The notes under the pieces are model-generated. The model did no database searches and was not told where the DNA came from. It saw only the letters and a list, made by a program, of their open reading frames with translations. A program made the position numbers and the translations under genes. Of a DNA stretch of 64,000 nucleotides, positions 13,799-22,600 are shown in pieces. The stretch is from an uncultured Actinomycetes bacterium (lineage in GTDB: Bacteria > Actinomycetota > Thermoleophilia > UBA2241): NCBI GenBank assembly GCA_963725665.1, contig CAVRZA010000004.1:320001-384000 (forward strand). Direction: 5' to 3'. The stretch's first letter is position 1. Every line of letters starts with the position of its first letter.

Positions 13799-14497
13799 TC
13801 AGTCCCGCTCGACCACGAGGCGCACGTTGAAGATGGCCGTGCCGGTGGCTCCCCAAAGGCGCAGCCAGAACGGCATGTACATCTCGGTCCCCCGCGAGGA
13901 GGTGATATCGCCGAGGTCGGTCACCCGCGTCCACCCCAGCCACTCGCGCAAGAACTGCTGCGCTACCCACTCCTTCGCCTCGGCGTCGTTGCCCGCGACG
14001 AACATGTCCGTCTCTTCGGCCAAGCGCCCGGGGTCTACCATGAGTGCGGCGGTGACGGTGCACAACGTCTTCACGACGCGCGTCTCGGGAAAGGCCGCCT
14101 GGATCTGCTCGGCCAGCGAGTCGGTGTTGCAGACGGTCAAGGTGGGCGGCATACCCCGTGAGAAGTCGAGGGGCTGGGAAACGTCGACGAGGATCTTGCC
14201 GCGCAGGTTCTCGGCGCCGGCGGCGTGCAGCGCCGCGAGCGAGGCGGCCCCGAGCGTGGCGTTGATCACGAACTCGCCTGAGGCGGCGGCGGCGGCGAAG
14301 CCAGCCGCGGCCGCCTCGTGTCCTTTGCCGCACTGCTCGGCCGCCCAGTCGTCGGCCGAGGGGACGATCCCCATCGGGCCGCGGTCCTTGGCTTGGCTCG
14401 TGTCGCGTGAGCTGATGGTCACGTTGTGGCCTACCTCGACGAGTTTCGTCGCGAGCGTCTGTGCCACTGTGCTCGAGCCGATGATTCCGATCTTCAT
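13799..14497 (-). CDS. NADP oxidoreductase, F420-dependent (F420_oxidored) family
   Basis: KIGIIGS Rossmann start, GKILVDVSQPLDFS, SLAEQIQAAFPETRVVKTL, DLGDITSSRGTEMY. Confidence 0.85.
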   Translation of the reverse strand: MKIGIIGSSTVAQTLATKLVEVGHNVTISSRDTSQAKDRGPMGIVPSADDWAAEQCGKGHEAAAAGFAAAAASGEFVINATLGAASLAALHAAGAENLRGKILVDVSQPLDFSRGMPPTLTVCNTDSLAEQIQAAFPETRVVKTLCTVTAALMVDPGRLAEETDMFVAGNDAEAKEWVAQQFLREWLGWTRVTDLGDITSSRGTEMYMPFWLRLWGATGTAIFNVRLVVERD

Positions 14498-14611
14498 GGT
14501 CACCCTCCTGCGATGAATACCGTGTCTTCACCGAGCCCATGCGACAACCGGCGCGGATGTGTCACTCTTCCCGCAAACGGAGGCGCCGACGCCGAATCGC
14601 GTGGGTGGTCC

Positions 14612-15226
14612 ATGGGATCTGTCATGTCCATCGCGACGATCGTAGGGATCGCGGCCTCCGTCGGCCTCGGACTGACCGCCCAGCTCGTGACGCCGGGCCA
14701 CAATGCGCTCAGCATGGGAGCGAGCGCGCTGGCCGTCGGCCGCCACGGCTGGCTCATGAAGCTCGCTTTCGTGGCGCGCGGTCTCGCTGCCCTGACCCTC
14801 GTCGCGGCCGTGGTCGTCGTCGTGCCCGGGTCGGGACGTTCCGGGTGGGGTCTGACGCTGATCGCCGTCTGGGGGGTGGGGGCCTTCCTGCTGGCGTTCT
14901 TCGCCACCGACATGCCCGATGGCCCGCCCACGGCGCACGGGGCGATCCACGCCCTTGTGGCAGCTATCGTCTACGTCGCCGTGGCAGTGGGCGAGTTGCT
15001 GGTGTCGCTCGATCTCGGCCACGAGAGCGCCTGGCGCTCGCTGTCGCACCTCGCGACGCCGCTCGCCGTCGCCGTGCTGGTGGCCCTCGTCGCGCAGTTC
15101 GCCGGCTTCCGCGCCGCCATGCGCAGCATGGACGAGGGGCTGGGCCGCTACTCCGGTCTCGTGCAGCGCGTGTTCCTGGCCCTCGTGCTGCTCTGGATGC
15201 TCATCGTCGCGGCCGGCCTGCTCTAG
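14612..15226 (+). CDS. DUF998-like membrane protein
   Basis: About 5 TM helices, SALAVGRHGW, FATD..HGAIH, GLVQRVF. Confidence 0.7.
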   Translation: MGSVMSIATIVGIAASVGLGLTAQLVTPGHNALSMGASALAVGRHGWLMKLAFVARGLAALTLVAAVVVVVPGSGRSGWGLTLIAVWGVGAFLLAFFATDMPDGPPTAHGAIHALVAAIVYVAVAVGELLVSLDLGHESAWRSLSHLATPLAVAVLVALVAQFAGFRAAMRSMDEGLGRYSGLVQRVFLALVLLWMLIVAAGLL

Positions 15227-15810
15227 CCGAGGTCGACCCACTCGGGGCGCGGTCGCTCGTCAACGAACCACTCGCTTTCGTCCATGCCCTCCTCGGCGAT
15301 GTCCTCGAGGCGCATCTTGAGGTACTTGCCTTTGGCCTCGACGGCGACGCCGCCGTTGTCGAGGAGGATCTCGCTGCTGCCCTCGAACAGTCGCGAGCCG
15401 TCGCGGGTGATCCGTCCCAGCACCCGCAGCTCGCGGTCGAGCCGCAATGGCTGACGGTAGCGCGCGATCAGCTCGATGGTGACGCCCCACGTCTCGGGAT
15501 GGGCGATGACGATCGCCCTTCCGATGGTCTCGTCGAGGGCCTCGACGGCGACGCCGCCGTGGAGCCGGCCGGGATAGCTCTGGTGCTCGTCCCGCGGCGT
15601 GAACACTCCCAGGAGTTCACAGCAGCCGGAGGCCCGCGTCTGCCCCGGCTCGACGGCTTCGTCACCCGGGGGCGCCAGCTCGAAGAACCGGCTCCGCAAG
15701 CCGAAGGCGTTCTCGGGTCCGCAGACCAGGCACATGCGACTCACGTTCTGCGCCGCCAGCACCCGCCGCGGTGATGTGGTCGCTTGCTCGTCGCTGTGGC
15801 CCTGGCGCAT
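15223..15810 (-). CDS. PaaI/hotdog thioesterase
   Basis: CLVCGPENAFGL, HQSYPGRLHGG..LDETIG. Confidence 0.85.
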   Translation of the reverse strand: MRQGHSDEQATTSPRRVLAAQNVSRMCLVCGPENAFGLRSRFFELAPPGDEAVEPGQTRASGCCELLGVFTPRDEHQSYPGRLHGGVAVEALDETIGRAIVIAHPETWGVTIELIARYRQPLRLDRELRVLGRITRDGSRLFEGSSEILLDNGGVAVEAKGKYLKMRLEDIAEEGMDESEWFVDERPRPEWVDLG

Positions 15811-16029
15811 GGCGATCCCCTTCTGCCGGCCCGCTCTGGTCTCGTCGCGGATGATACGCCGCGGGAGGGCCGCCTCGGAGCGATCGGCACACATCGTTCG
15901 TCCCGCTCTCGACGTTCGGGAGAGCATCGACGCGACGGCAGGAAGGGCGAGGGGCGCGGCCGCCCTCGGCGGCCGCGCCCCTCGCATCGTCTCATGTCGC
16001 ATCCTGTCGTCGTCATTCGCCTCTCTCGT

Positions 16030-16539
16030 CTAGTCGTCGTGCTCTCCGCCCGCGTTGGCGATGAGACCGCCGTTGGCGGCCGCGTGGCTGGCCAGCGAGG
16101 CGTTCGCCCCGCCCGTGGCGGCGATCTTGTCGATGGCCGCCTGCAGGGAGGTCGCATAGGCCTGGCTCGTGTAGGTGGCGCCCGAGATCGCGTGGATGGG
16201 GCCGCCATTGGTGGCCATCGTCTGCTGGATCAGGTTCGGGATCACACTGCCCGAGATCTGTCCCGATTGCGGTCCGTGCACGTTGAGCTTGGCCAGGCCG
16301 ACACTCGTGATCTTGCCGTTCTGGGCGCTCACGCGCACCTGGACGTCGCCGAGCCCGCCTGCGAGCGGCTGGTCGGTGCCGACGGCCGTGACACCGGGGC
16401 CGCTGCCCGAGCTCGCTCCCACGCTGAGGTTGGAGGGCAGGCCCGAGGCGCCGCTGCCTGTGGGATGGAACCCGACGACGAACCCCACGCCCACCGCCGT
16501 GGCCGTCAGGGCCGCCGCCGTTACTGCTGTGCGCTTCAT
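16030..16539 (-). CDS. Secreted FMN-binding domain protein
   Basis: Signal/TM peptide, GDVQVRV, flavinylation-like AISGATYTS motif. Confidence 0.8.
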   Translation of the reverse strand: MKRTAVTAAALTATAVGVGFVVGFHPTGSGASGLPSNLSVGASSGSGPGVTAVGTDQPLAGGLGDVQVRVSAQNGKITSVGLAKLNVHGPQSGQISGSVIPNLIQQTMATNGGPIHAISGATYTSQAYATSLQAAIDKIAATGGANASLASHAAANGGLIANAGGEHDD

Positions 16540-16669
16540 GACGAGCCCCTTTCAGGCGCGAGGGTCCCTGCGACGGCCCGCGTCCCGCGGGCCGTCGCAC
16601 CGCCGGTCAGGGTCGGGTTGCGGACTCTGTCTTGAACTGTCGTTGTCATCGTCAGTCATCTCCTCGTGT

Positions 16670-18079
16670 TCAGAACGCGAAGTCCTCGTAGTGGATGCGC
16701 CTGTCGGGAACACCCAACGACCGTGCCGTCGCGATCAGGTGCTCCATAAAGCCACCCGGACCGCAGACGTAGAGGTCACGATCGACGATGTCGGGCACCA
16801 GCCGGCGCAGGTGAGCCGCGTCGAGCGGCGCCTGCGAGCGCGGTCCGACGACTTCGTGAAGTCGTCCGCCGCGCTCGTCCACGAGCCGTGCGATCTCCTC
16901 CCGAAGGACGAGGTCGTGCTTGGTGGAGCCACGCAGCACGACGACGAGGTCGACGTGATCGGGCAGGTCGTCGAGCATGGCCCGCACCGGGGTCGACCCG
17001 ACGCCGGCGCCGACGAGCAGCACCCTGTCTGTATCACGCATGTGATGGGTGAAAGCGCCGTAGGGTCCTTCGATCGCGACCCGCGTGCCCGGCTTGAGCT
17101 CTGCCAGGGCCGAGCTGTGGTCGCCGACCGACTTGACCGTGATGCGCATCTCGTTCCCCGCCGGCAGAGCCGACAGCGAGTAGGGGTGCGCCTGCAACCA
17201 CATGCCGCGCTTCAAGAAGCGCCAGTGCAGGAACTGCCCGCCCGAGACCGGCAACCGGTCGAGGTTGCGCCCCCGAGTGACGACCGACACGACGCCGGGC
17301 GCCTCGTGTTCGACGCGCACGACCTTGAGCCGATGCCCGAGGCTGCGCACGATCGGCAGGGCGAAACGGTAGCTCAACACGACGCCGGCGGTCAGCAGCC
17401 ACACGCTGATCCAGTAGGCCCGCGCCCAGGGATGACCCAGGAACGGAGCTCCGGTAGCGAGCTGGTGCGTGAACGACAGCGCCGCTGCTAGGTACGTGTA
17501 GAGGTGGACGGCCCACCAGGTCTCGTAGCGCATCTTCTTGCGCACGTTGCGATACGAGGTCGCACCGGCCAGGAAGAACAGACCGAGCGCGGCGGCCGCG
17601 CCGAGCATCCCGGGGAAGGTCGTGACGAGGACGCCGATCTCATGCATGGCGCCGGTCGCGACTCCCTGGGCGTAGCCGAGGGTGATGAAGAGCGCGTGGG
17701 CGGCGATCAGGATGATGATCCAGGGCCCGAGCCGCCTGTGCCAGCGCACGAGCTTGTCTTGCCCGAGCGCCTGTTCGACCGCCGGTATGCGGCCGATCAT
17801 GAGGATGGTCACCAGCATCAGGTACGTGCCGAGCAGACCCGCGACGCGGCCGGCGAAGGTGAGCATGCCGCCCGGCGCGGCCAAATCGTGCGCCGTCGTG
17901 ACGGGCACGACGAGAGCGACGCTGACCGCCGCTCCCAGCCACGTCATCGTGTTGAAGAGGCGTGCCCATAGCTTGTTCGGCCGTGTCGCCTCGGCCCGAG
18001 CCCGGGAGCGCTCACGCGGCCTCCATCGGATCAGTTCGCCGGCGACCTCGGCGGCGCCGGCTTCCGACTCAATGTTCAC
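16670..18079 (-). CDS. Ferric reductase-like transmembrane protein fused to FAD/NAD(P)H-binding ferredoxin reductase domain
   Basis: TM His residues (WHR, AHA, HLY, HQL), HPYSLS, EGPYGAF, GAGVGSTP, YVCGP, HYEDF; GTG after AAGGGAG. Confidence 0.88.
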   Translation of the reverse strand: MNIESEAGAAEVAGELIRWRPRERSRARAEATRPNKLWARLFNTMTWLGAAVSVALVVPVTTAHDLAAPGGMLTFAGRVAGLLGTYLMLVTILMIGRIPAVEQALGQDKLVRWHRRLGPWIIILIAAHALFITLGYAQGVATGAMHEIGVLVTTFPGMLGAAAALGLFFLAGATSYRNVRKKMRYETWWAVHLYTYLAAALSFTHQLATGAPFLGHPWARAYWISVWLLTAGVVLSYRFALPIVRSLGHRLKVVRVEHEAPGVVSVVTRGRNLDRLPVSGGQFLHWRFLKRGMWLQAHPYSLSALPAGNEMRITVKSVGDHSSALAELKPGTRVAIEGPYGAFTHHMRDTDRVLLVGAGVGSTPVRAMLDDLPDHVDLVVVLRGSTKHDLVLREEIARLVDERGGRLHEVVGPRSQAPLDAAHLRRLVPDIVDRDLYVCGPGGFMEHLIATARSLGVPDRRIHYEDFAF

Positions 18080-18169
18080 TGGCCTCAACTCCCTTGTGCG
18101 CGGCGGGGTCGGGACGACCCCGCCGCGCGTCTCTCGTTCACAGGGCTGCGGGGGAGTGTAGCCGGGCAA

Positions 18170-18188
18170 GATGAAGCGAGGATGAAGC
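18170..18188. promoter_or_regulatory. Direct repeat, OmpR/PhoB-type operator candidate
   Basis: GATGAAGC twice with 11-bp period upstream of the reductase. Confidence 0.4.
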
Positions 18189-18397
18189 AGCGGTCTCGCG
18201 TTGGCAGTTCAGCGGACTCCGGCCTCCGCCCGTAAGCGCCGCAGCCCAGCTCTCACAGACTGCCCATGACTCCCGCCCAGCCTGGTGCTGATATGGAAGG
18301 ACCTGCTGTCAAGAAGGCAGGCGCAATCGACCTTGCCGGGGGCAGAGGATGGGTGGAGTATGGCGACGGCGGGGGGAGCGCGCCGGGCTCTGTCGTC

Positions 18398-18530
18398 GAC
18401 GCGCGGTCCAAGCTGATATGCGCGGGTTTGGTCATCCGCATGACCGTCTCTGCGTCGGGAGCTGCCGCTTCTCTAAGGTCGAGCGTGGCCCGTGCGCGGG
18501 TTGCTCAATAGCACCAACGCGGATGCTCCT
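18398..18530 (-). ncRNA. Predicted IS110 bridge RNA (target- and donor-binding loops)
   Basis: Two stem-enclosed internal loops; guides TGGTGCTA and GACCTTAG match the empty target, CATATCAG matches the donor junction; RNA ends approximate. Confidence 0.75.
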
Positions 18531-18576
18531 CGCGCGCCCGGCGCGCTCGCCTCGCCGCCTTCCTGCCGACGGTGCT

Positions 18577-19653
18577 CTAGCTCTCCATCACCGCCAGGCT
18601 CCAGCACCAGCCGGCGAGCTCGCGGGCGACCGCCACGGCGGCGACCTTGGAACACTTGCCACGCTCATCGAAGCGCCGCCGGCGACGCTGCAGGCGACGC
18701 TCCGCAAGTCGCGCCCGCTCGCGCACCGTGCCCGCGGCGGCGGCGCGCGCGCGCTGCACGCGCACGCTTCTGCCCGGTGGCCGGCGCTGCTGCCAGGCGG
18801 CCTCGATGAGCAGGCGCCGCGCGTGGCCGTTGCCGGTCTTGGTGATCGCCCCCTGACGCCGCCTCGTCCCGGAGGACTGCTCGCAGGGCACAAGGCCGAG
18901 GAAGGGGCCCAGGCTGCGGCCAGAAAAGCGCTGCCAGTCGCCGATCTCGACGGTGAGCGCGAACGCGGTCAGCGTCGAGATGCCACGCAGACAGGTCAGG
19001 CGCCCGACGACCGGCGCCCAGGGCTCCTTGAGCGCCTCCGCGGCGATCGCCGCGTCGAGGGCGTCACGGCGATCGCGCGCGGCGCACATCGCCGCCAGCC
19101 CCTCCTCATAGGCGACCTGCAATGACGGCTCGCAGAAACGCTGGCGGGCGAGCCACAGCTCGTGTGTCTGTGTCCAGCTGTGCTCCTCCCAGACGATGCC
19201 CCGACGCAAAAGCAGCTTGGCGAGGCGGTGACGGTGGCGCATCAGGTCGCAGCGCGCGTCCTCGCGGGCGCGCACCAGGTCGCGGGCGGCCTCCTCGGCG
19301 AGATCGGGCACCCGTACCGCGACCAGCTCCTCGAGGCGCAGCAGGCGGGCCAGCCGCAGCGCGTCGCGGCGATCGGTCTTGACGCGCTCGCCGGGTGCGC
19401 GCGGGATGCGCGAGAGGGCCGCCACGAGGCAGCGTATCCCGGCCTCGCTCAGAGCGCGGGCCAGGACGTAGCCGGTTGGTCCGGCCTCGCAGGCGACCGC
19501 CTGCGGGCCGGGCTGCGCGCGCACCCAGCCGACAAGCTCCTTGGCGGGCACCGGTGCGGCGAGGCTGCGCACCTCGCCGCTAAGCCCGTCGAGCACTCCC
19601 GCCTGGACCGAGCGGGCGTGCACGTCCAGGCCGATGAACGAACGCTCATGCAC
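18577..19653 (-). CDS. IS110 family transposase (bridge recombinase)
   Basis: IGLDVH, EAGPTG, KTDRRDA (DEDD) and GLVPCEQSSG, ITKTGN. Confidence 0.95.
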   Translation of the reverse strand: MHERSFIGLDVHARSVQAGVLDGLSGEVRSLAAPVPAKELVGWVRAQPGPQAVACEAGPTGYVLARALSEAGIRCLVAALSRIPRAPGERVKTDRRDALRLARLLRLEELVAVRVPDLAEEAARDLVRAREDARCDLMRHRHRLAKLLLRRGIVWEEHSWTQTHELWLARQRFCEPSLQVAYEEGLAAMCAARDRRDALDAAIAAEALKEPWAPVVGRLTCLRGISTLTAFALTVEIGDWQRFSGRSLGPFLGLVPCEQSSGTRRRQGAITKTGNGHARRLLIEAAWQQRRPPGRSVRVQRARAAAAGTVRERARLAERRLQRRRRRFDERGKCSKVAAVAVARELAGWCWSLAVMES

Positions 19654-19782
19654 ACCGTCGCCTCCTTACGGCCGCGGTCTGCCGTCGCGCCAGCCGCAAC
19701 GGCGACCCGCGCCAGACTATGCACCGGGGGCGACGGGCCGTTCCATATGGTCTAGGGTCCTCTGCAGAAGCAGGCAGTCTGT

Positions 19783-19821
19783 GCCGAACATCATCTACAG
19801 ACTGTTTAATCCTTGTTAGGC
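19783..19821 (+). other. Possible attI-like site / core site opening the cassette array
   Basis: GTTAGGC (GTTRRRY) at 19815-19821 after an AT-rich stretch, 9 nt before the first cassette ORF; too short for attC. Confidence 0.35.
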
Positions 19822-19830
19822 GGGGTAACC

Positions 19831-20298
19831 GTGGGGATCTCACTCCGGCCCGTCGCGGCAGGCGACCAACCGAGCATCGACCGCTGGGCGGCGGTGGCGG
19901 CCGACCACATGTCGCGCACACGTCCCTACGCCGAGGGCGCGGACCGTCACGACCCGGACCGCGGTCTCTTCTGGTATGTGATCGCCGACGGCGGCCGCGA
20001 CCTTGGCACCGTGTGGATTGAGCTGCCTCCGGGCTCCGACGAAGCGGTCCTGGGTGTGTTCCTCGGCGATGCGACGTTCTTCGGTCGCGGCATCGGCGCG
20101 GCGGCCATCGAGCTCGCCGTCGCCGAGTTCCGCGGCGCCCATCCGCAGTTGCCGGTCTCGCTGCGGGTGCGCCGCACGAACCAGCGTGCCATCGCCTGCT
20201 ACCGCCGTGTCGGCTTCGCGGTCACCGGCAGCGGCACCAAGTCGCTGCCCTCTGGCGAGGCCGTCCCCTACTACCGCATGGTCCTCGCGCCGTGCTGA
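19831..20298 (+). CDS. GNAT acetyltransferase, integron-type cassette
   Basis: GRGIG, NQRAIACYRRVGF; bounded by GTTAGGCGG and CCGCCTAGC. Confidence 0.8.
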   Translation: MGISLRPVAAGDQPSIDRWAAVAADHMSRTRPYAEGADRHDPDRGLFWYVIADGGRDLGTVWIELPPGSDEAVLGVFLGDATFFGRGIGAAAIELAVAEFRGAHPQLPVSLRVRRTNQRAIACYRRVGFAVTGSGTKSLPSGEAVPYYRMVLAPC

Positions 20299-20325
20299 GC
20301 TACCCCTCGCGGTGTGCTCCGACCC

Positions 20326-20342
20326 GCCTAGCAAGCGCATCA
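20326..20342 (+). other. Left arm of an attC-like site interrupted by IS110
   Basis: GCCTAGC-AAGCGCATCA resembles the left arms of the other attC sites and complements the upstream core GTTAGGC. Confidence 0.6.
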
Positions 20343-21045
20343 TTGGTGTCAGTCTCTCCCCGTGGGATCCCCTGGCACTCGTCAGGTAGCCTCGGACCCG
20401 ACGGCGGAGTGACCCAAAGCGTTTCTGTCGCCCCCGAGGGGCGGACCGTCAGCTGTATTGTCCCCCGCCGCCGGGATCCGAGGGGTCGCCGACGTGACCT
20501 GATAGGAGCCTGGCCGGAAGGCCCCAGCCAAGGCGTGTCCGCCGGCGGTCCCACTGAGATCGGCTGCAACCGACCAAGGGGGACTGAAGTGATCGTAATC
20601 GGGATCGACCCGCATATGAAGACCCATACCGCCGTGGCCGTCGACGCTGCGAGCGGGCGGACGCTCGCCGAGAAGACGGTGAGCAGCGACCCGCGCGGGC
20701 ACGAGGAGCTGCTTCTATGGGCACGCGCTCTCGGTCCCGAGCGCTGCTTTGCCATCGAGGACTGCCGCCACGTCTCCAGCCGGCTTGAGCGCCACCTGCT
20801 GCCCCGCGGCGAGCGCCTAGTGCGCGTGCCGCCGAAGCTGATGGCGGGCGCGCGCTCCTCGGCGCGCACTTACGGCAAGTCCGACCCCATCGATGCGGCC
20901 TGTGTGGCGCGTGCCGCGCTGCGCGAGCCCGACCTTCCGAAGGCCAGCCTCGCCGGGCCCGAGCAGGACGTGCGCCTGCTCGTCGACCACCGCGACGACC
21001 TCGTCGGTGAGCGCCAGCGCATCCAGAAACGCCTGCGCTGGAACC
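20343..21045 (+). mobile_element. Truncated IS110 element: structured 5' noncoding region plus N-terminal half of transposase (GTG 20589)
   Basis: IGIDPH..HTAVAVD, AIED, KSDPIDA; similarity ends near RLRWNL. Confidence 0.8.
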
Positions 21046-21425
21046 TGCAGAATGGCGCTATGTGTTTGCGTGGCATTATCCGCACGGATGAAGTTGGTGA
21101 CTATCGCTTCCGTAGTATCAAGCCAGCAAGCTACCCGATCACCGATGATGGGCCTGTCGGGGGATTGCTGCGAAAACTAGGCCGACATCCTTACCGTCCG
21201 GCCCATATCCACTTTATCGTCTCAGCCGAAGGTTATCGGCCAATCGTCACTCAGATCTTCGCGGAAGGCGATGAGTATTTGGAGTCGGATACCGTGTTCG
21301 GGGTCAAAGACTCGCTCGTGGCAGAGTTTGTTCGGGTGGATTCGGCTGAAGAGGCATCCCATTATGGGTTCCAGCCGCCGTTCTACAAAGTGGAATTCAA
21401 CTTCATCTTGGATAGAGCCAGCTGA
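21046..21425 (+). pseudogene. C-terminal fragment of intradiol ring-cleavage dioxygenase, in frame with the IS110 remnant
   Basis: LRGIIRTDEVGDYRFRSIKPASYPI, RPAHIHF, TQIF, SDTVFGVK; visibly lower GC. Confidence 0.8.
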
Positions 21426-21442
21426 GGTCTTGGGTGCAGGCC

Positions 21443-21512
21443 GCCGAACCAGCGCACGCAGTTGACCGCGCTCCGCTTCGCTCCGTGCGGCAACTGATGC
21501 GCGCCGTTCGGC
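21443..21512 (+). repeat. attC-like recombination site (70 bp)
   Basis: GCCGAAC...GTTCGGC with imperfect internal palindrome GCGCA..CAGTTG..CAACTG.TGCGC and unpaired bases. Confidence 0.85.
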
Positions 21513-21545
21513 AGCCACCTGACCGAGGGCCGCGGTGAAAGCTGG

Positions 21546-22268
21546 ATGACTGGCTACTACACGAACAAGCTGTCCGGCAGCCGGCTGGAGCGCTGCTACG
21601 AGGTGGCGCCTACGCGCGTGAGGCAGTATCTCGAGGCGGAGATCCGCCACGTTCTTGAACGACTTCGGTCCACGGACTCCGTCCTCGAGCTGGGGTGCGG
21701 GTATGGACGAATCGCTCGGAGGCTCGCGACAGTTGCCCACCATGTCGTCGGGATCGACACGGCATCCGAGAGCCTCGAGCTCGCTCGGCGAATGCTAGAG
21801 CCCGGGGCATGGTGCGAGTTCATGCAGATGGACGCGCTCGATCTACGCTTTCCTGACTGCGCGTTTGATGCAGTCGTGTGTCTTCAGAACGGGATATGCG
21901 CTTTCGGAGTCGACCAGGAGGCTCTTCTTCGGGAGGCCCTCCGCGTGACACGTGAAGGCGGGATGGTGCTGTTTTCCACGTACACCGATGGGATCTGGCC
22001 CGAGCGCCTGGCGTGGTTTGAGGCTCAGGCGGCCGAGGGGCTGGTCGGGGCCATCGACTACACGGCGTCCCACAACGGCGTCATCGTCTGCGACGACGGC
22101 TTTCGTGCGGGACGAATGACCGCCGGAGACTTCCGCTCCCTCTGTTCTGAGATCGGTGTGGCACCGATGATTGCTGAGGTGGACGGATCGATTCTCTTCT
22201 GCGAGATCATCAAGCCGGGTGCTGCCCAACAGGGCGATGCATCTGACCGCGCAACGCGCTGCAGGTGA
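21546..22268 (+). CDS. Class I SAM-dependent methyltransferase cassette
   Basis: VLELGCGYGR, VVGID, FDAVVC; flanked by attC sites. Confidence 0.88.
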   Translation: MTGYYTNKLSGSRLERCYEVAPTRVRQYLEAEIRHVLERLRSTDSVLELGCGYGRIARRLATVAHHVVGIDTASESLELARRMLEPGAWCEFMQMDALDLRFPDCAFDAVVCLQNGICAFGVDQEALLREALRVTREGGMVLFSTYTDGIWPERLAWFEAQAAEGLVGAIDYTASHNGVIVCDDGFRAGRMTAGDFRSLCSEIGVAPMIAEVDGSILFCEIIKPGAAQQGDASDRATRCR

Positions 22269-22285
22269 TCGCCAGAGCGTTCGCC
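22224..22285 (+). repeat. attC-like site (62 bp) overlapping the methyltransferase 3' end
   Basis: GCCCAAC...GTTCGCC, inner palindrome GGCGAT.CATCTG..CAGGTG.ATCGCC. Confidence 0.8.
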
Positions 22286-22301
22286 CTGACTCGCCCCACG
22301 A

Positions 22302-22338
22302 TTGACTTAGGCCCACTTTGAGGTACGCTATAGCGTAC
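22302..22338 (+). promoter_or_regulatory. TA promoter with overlapping operator palindrome
   Basis: TTGACT-N16-TACGCT; perfect palindrome GTACGCTATAGCGTAC at 22323-22338. Confidence 0.7.
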
Positions 22339-22357
22339 GGTTTGCAGGAGGACCCTC

Positions 22358-22600
22358 ATGACCAGTCTCACGGCGACAGAAGCGCGCAAGATCCTCTACC
22401 GGCTTCTCGACGAGGTGTCTGAGTCTCACGAGCCAGTCCAGATCACCGGCAAGCGCGGCAACGCCGTACTCGTGGGCGAGGATGATTGGCGAGCCGTCCA
22501 AGAAACGCTGCACCTGCTCTCAATCCCCGGCATGCGCGAGTCCATCCGGGAGGGCATGGCCACCCCGATCGATGAGCTCGACGAGAAGCCTGGTTGGTGA
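22358..22600 (+). CDS. yefM: Phd/YefM antitoxin
   Basis: TATEARKILYRLLDEV..HEPVQITGKRGNAVLV..ETLHLL. Confidence 0.92.
   Translation: MTSLTATEARKILYRLLDEVSESHEPVQITGKRGNAVLVGEDDWRAVQETLHLLSIPGMRESIREGMATPIDELDEKPGW

Larger units (their letters stand above)
18288..19753 (-). mobile_element. Complete IS110-family element with long 3' noncoding end
   Basis: CT core at both ends (18288-18289, 19752-19753), subterminal inverted ATATGGAA/TTCCATAT, TTGACA near the 3' end, intact transposase. Confidence 0.85.
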
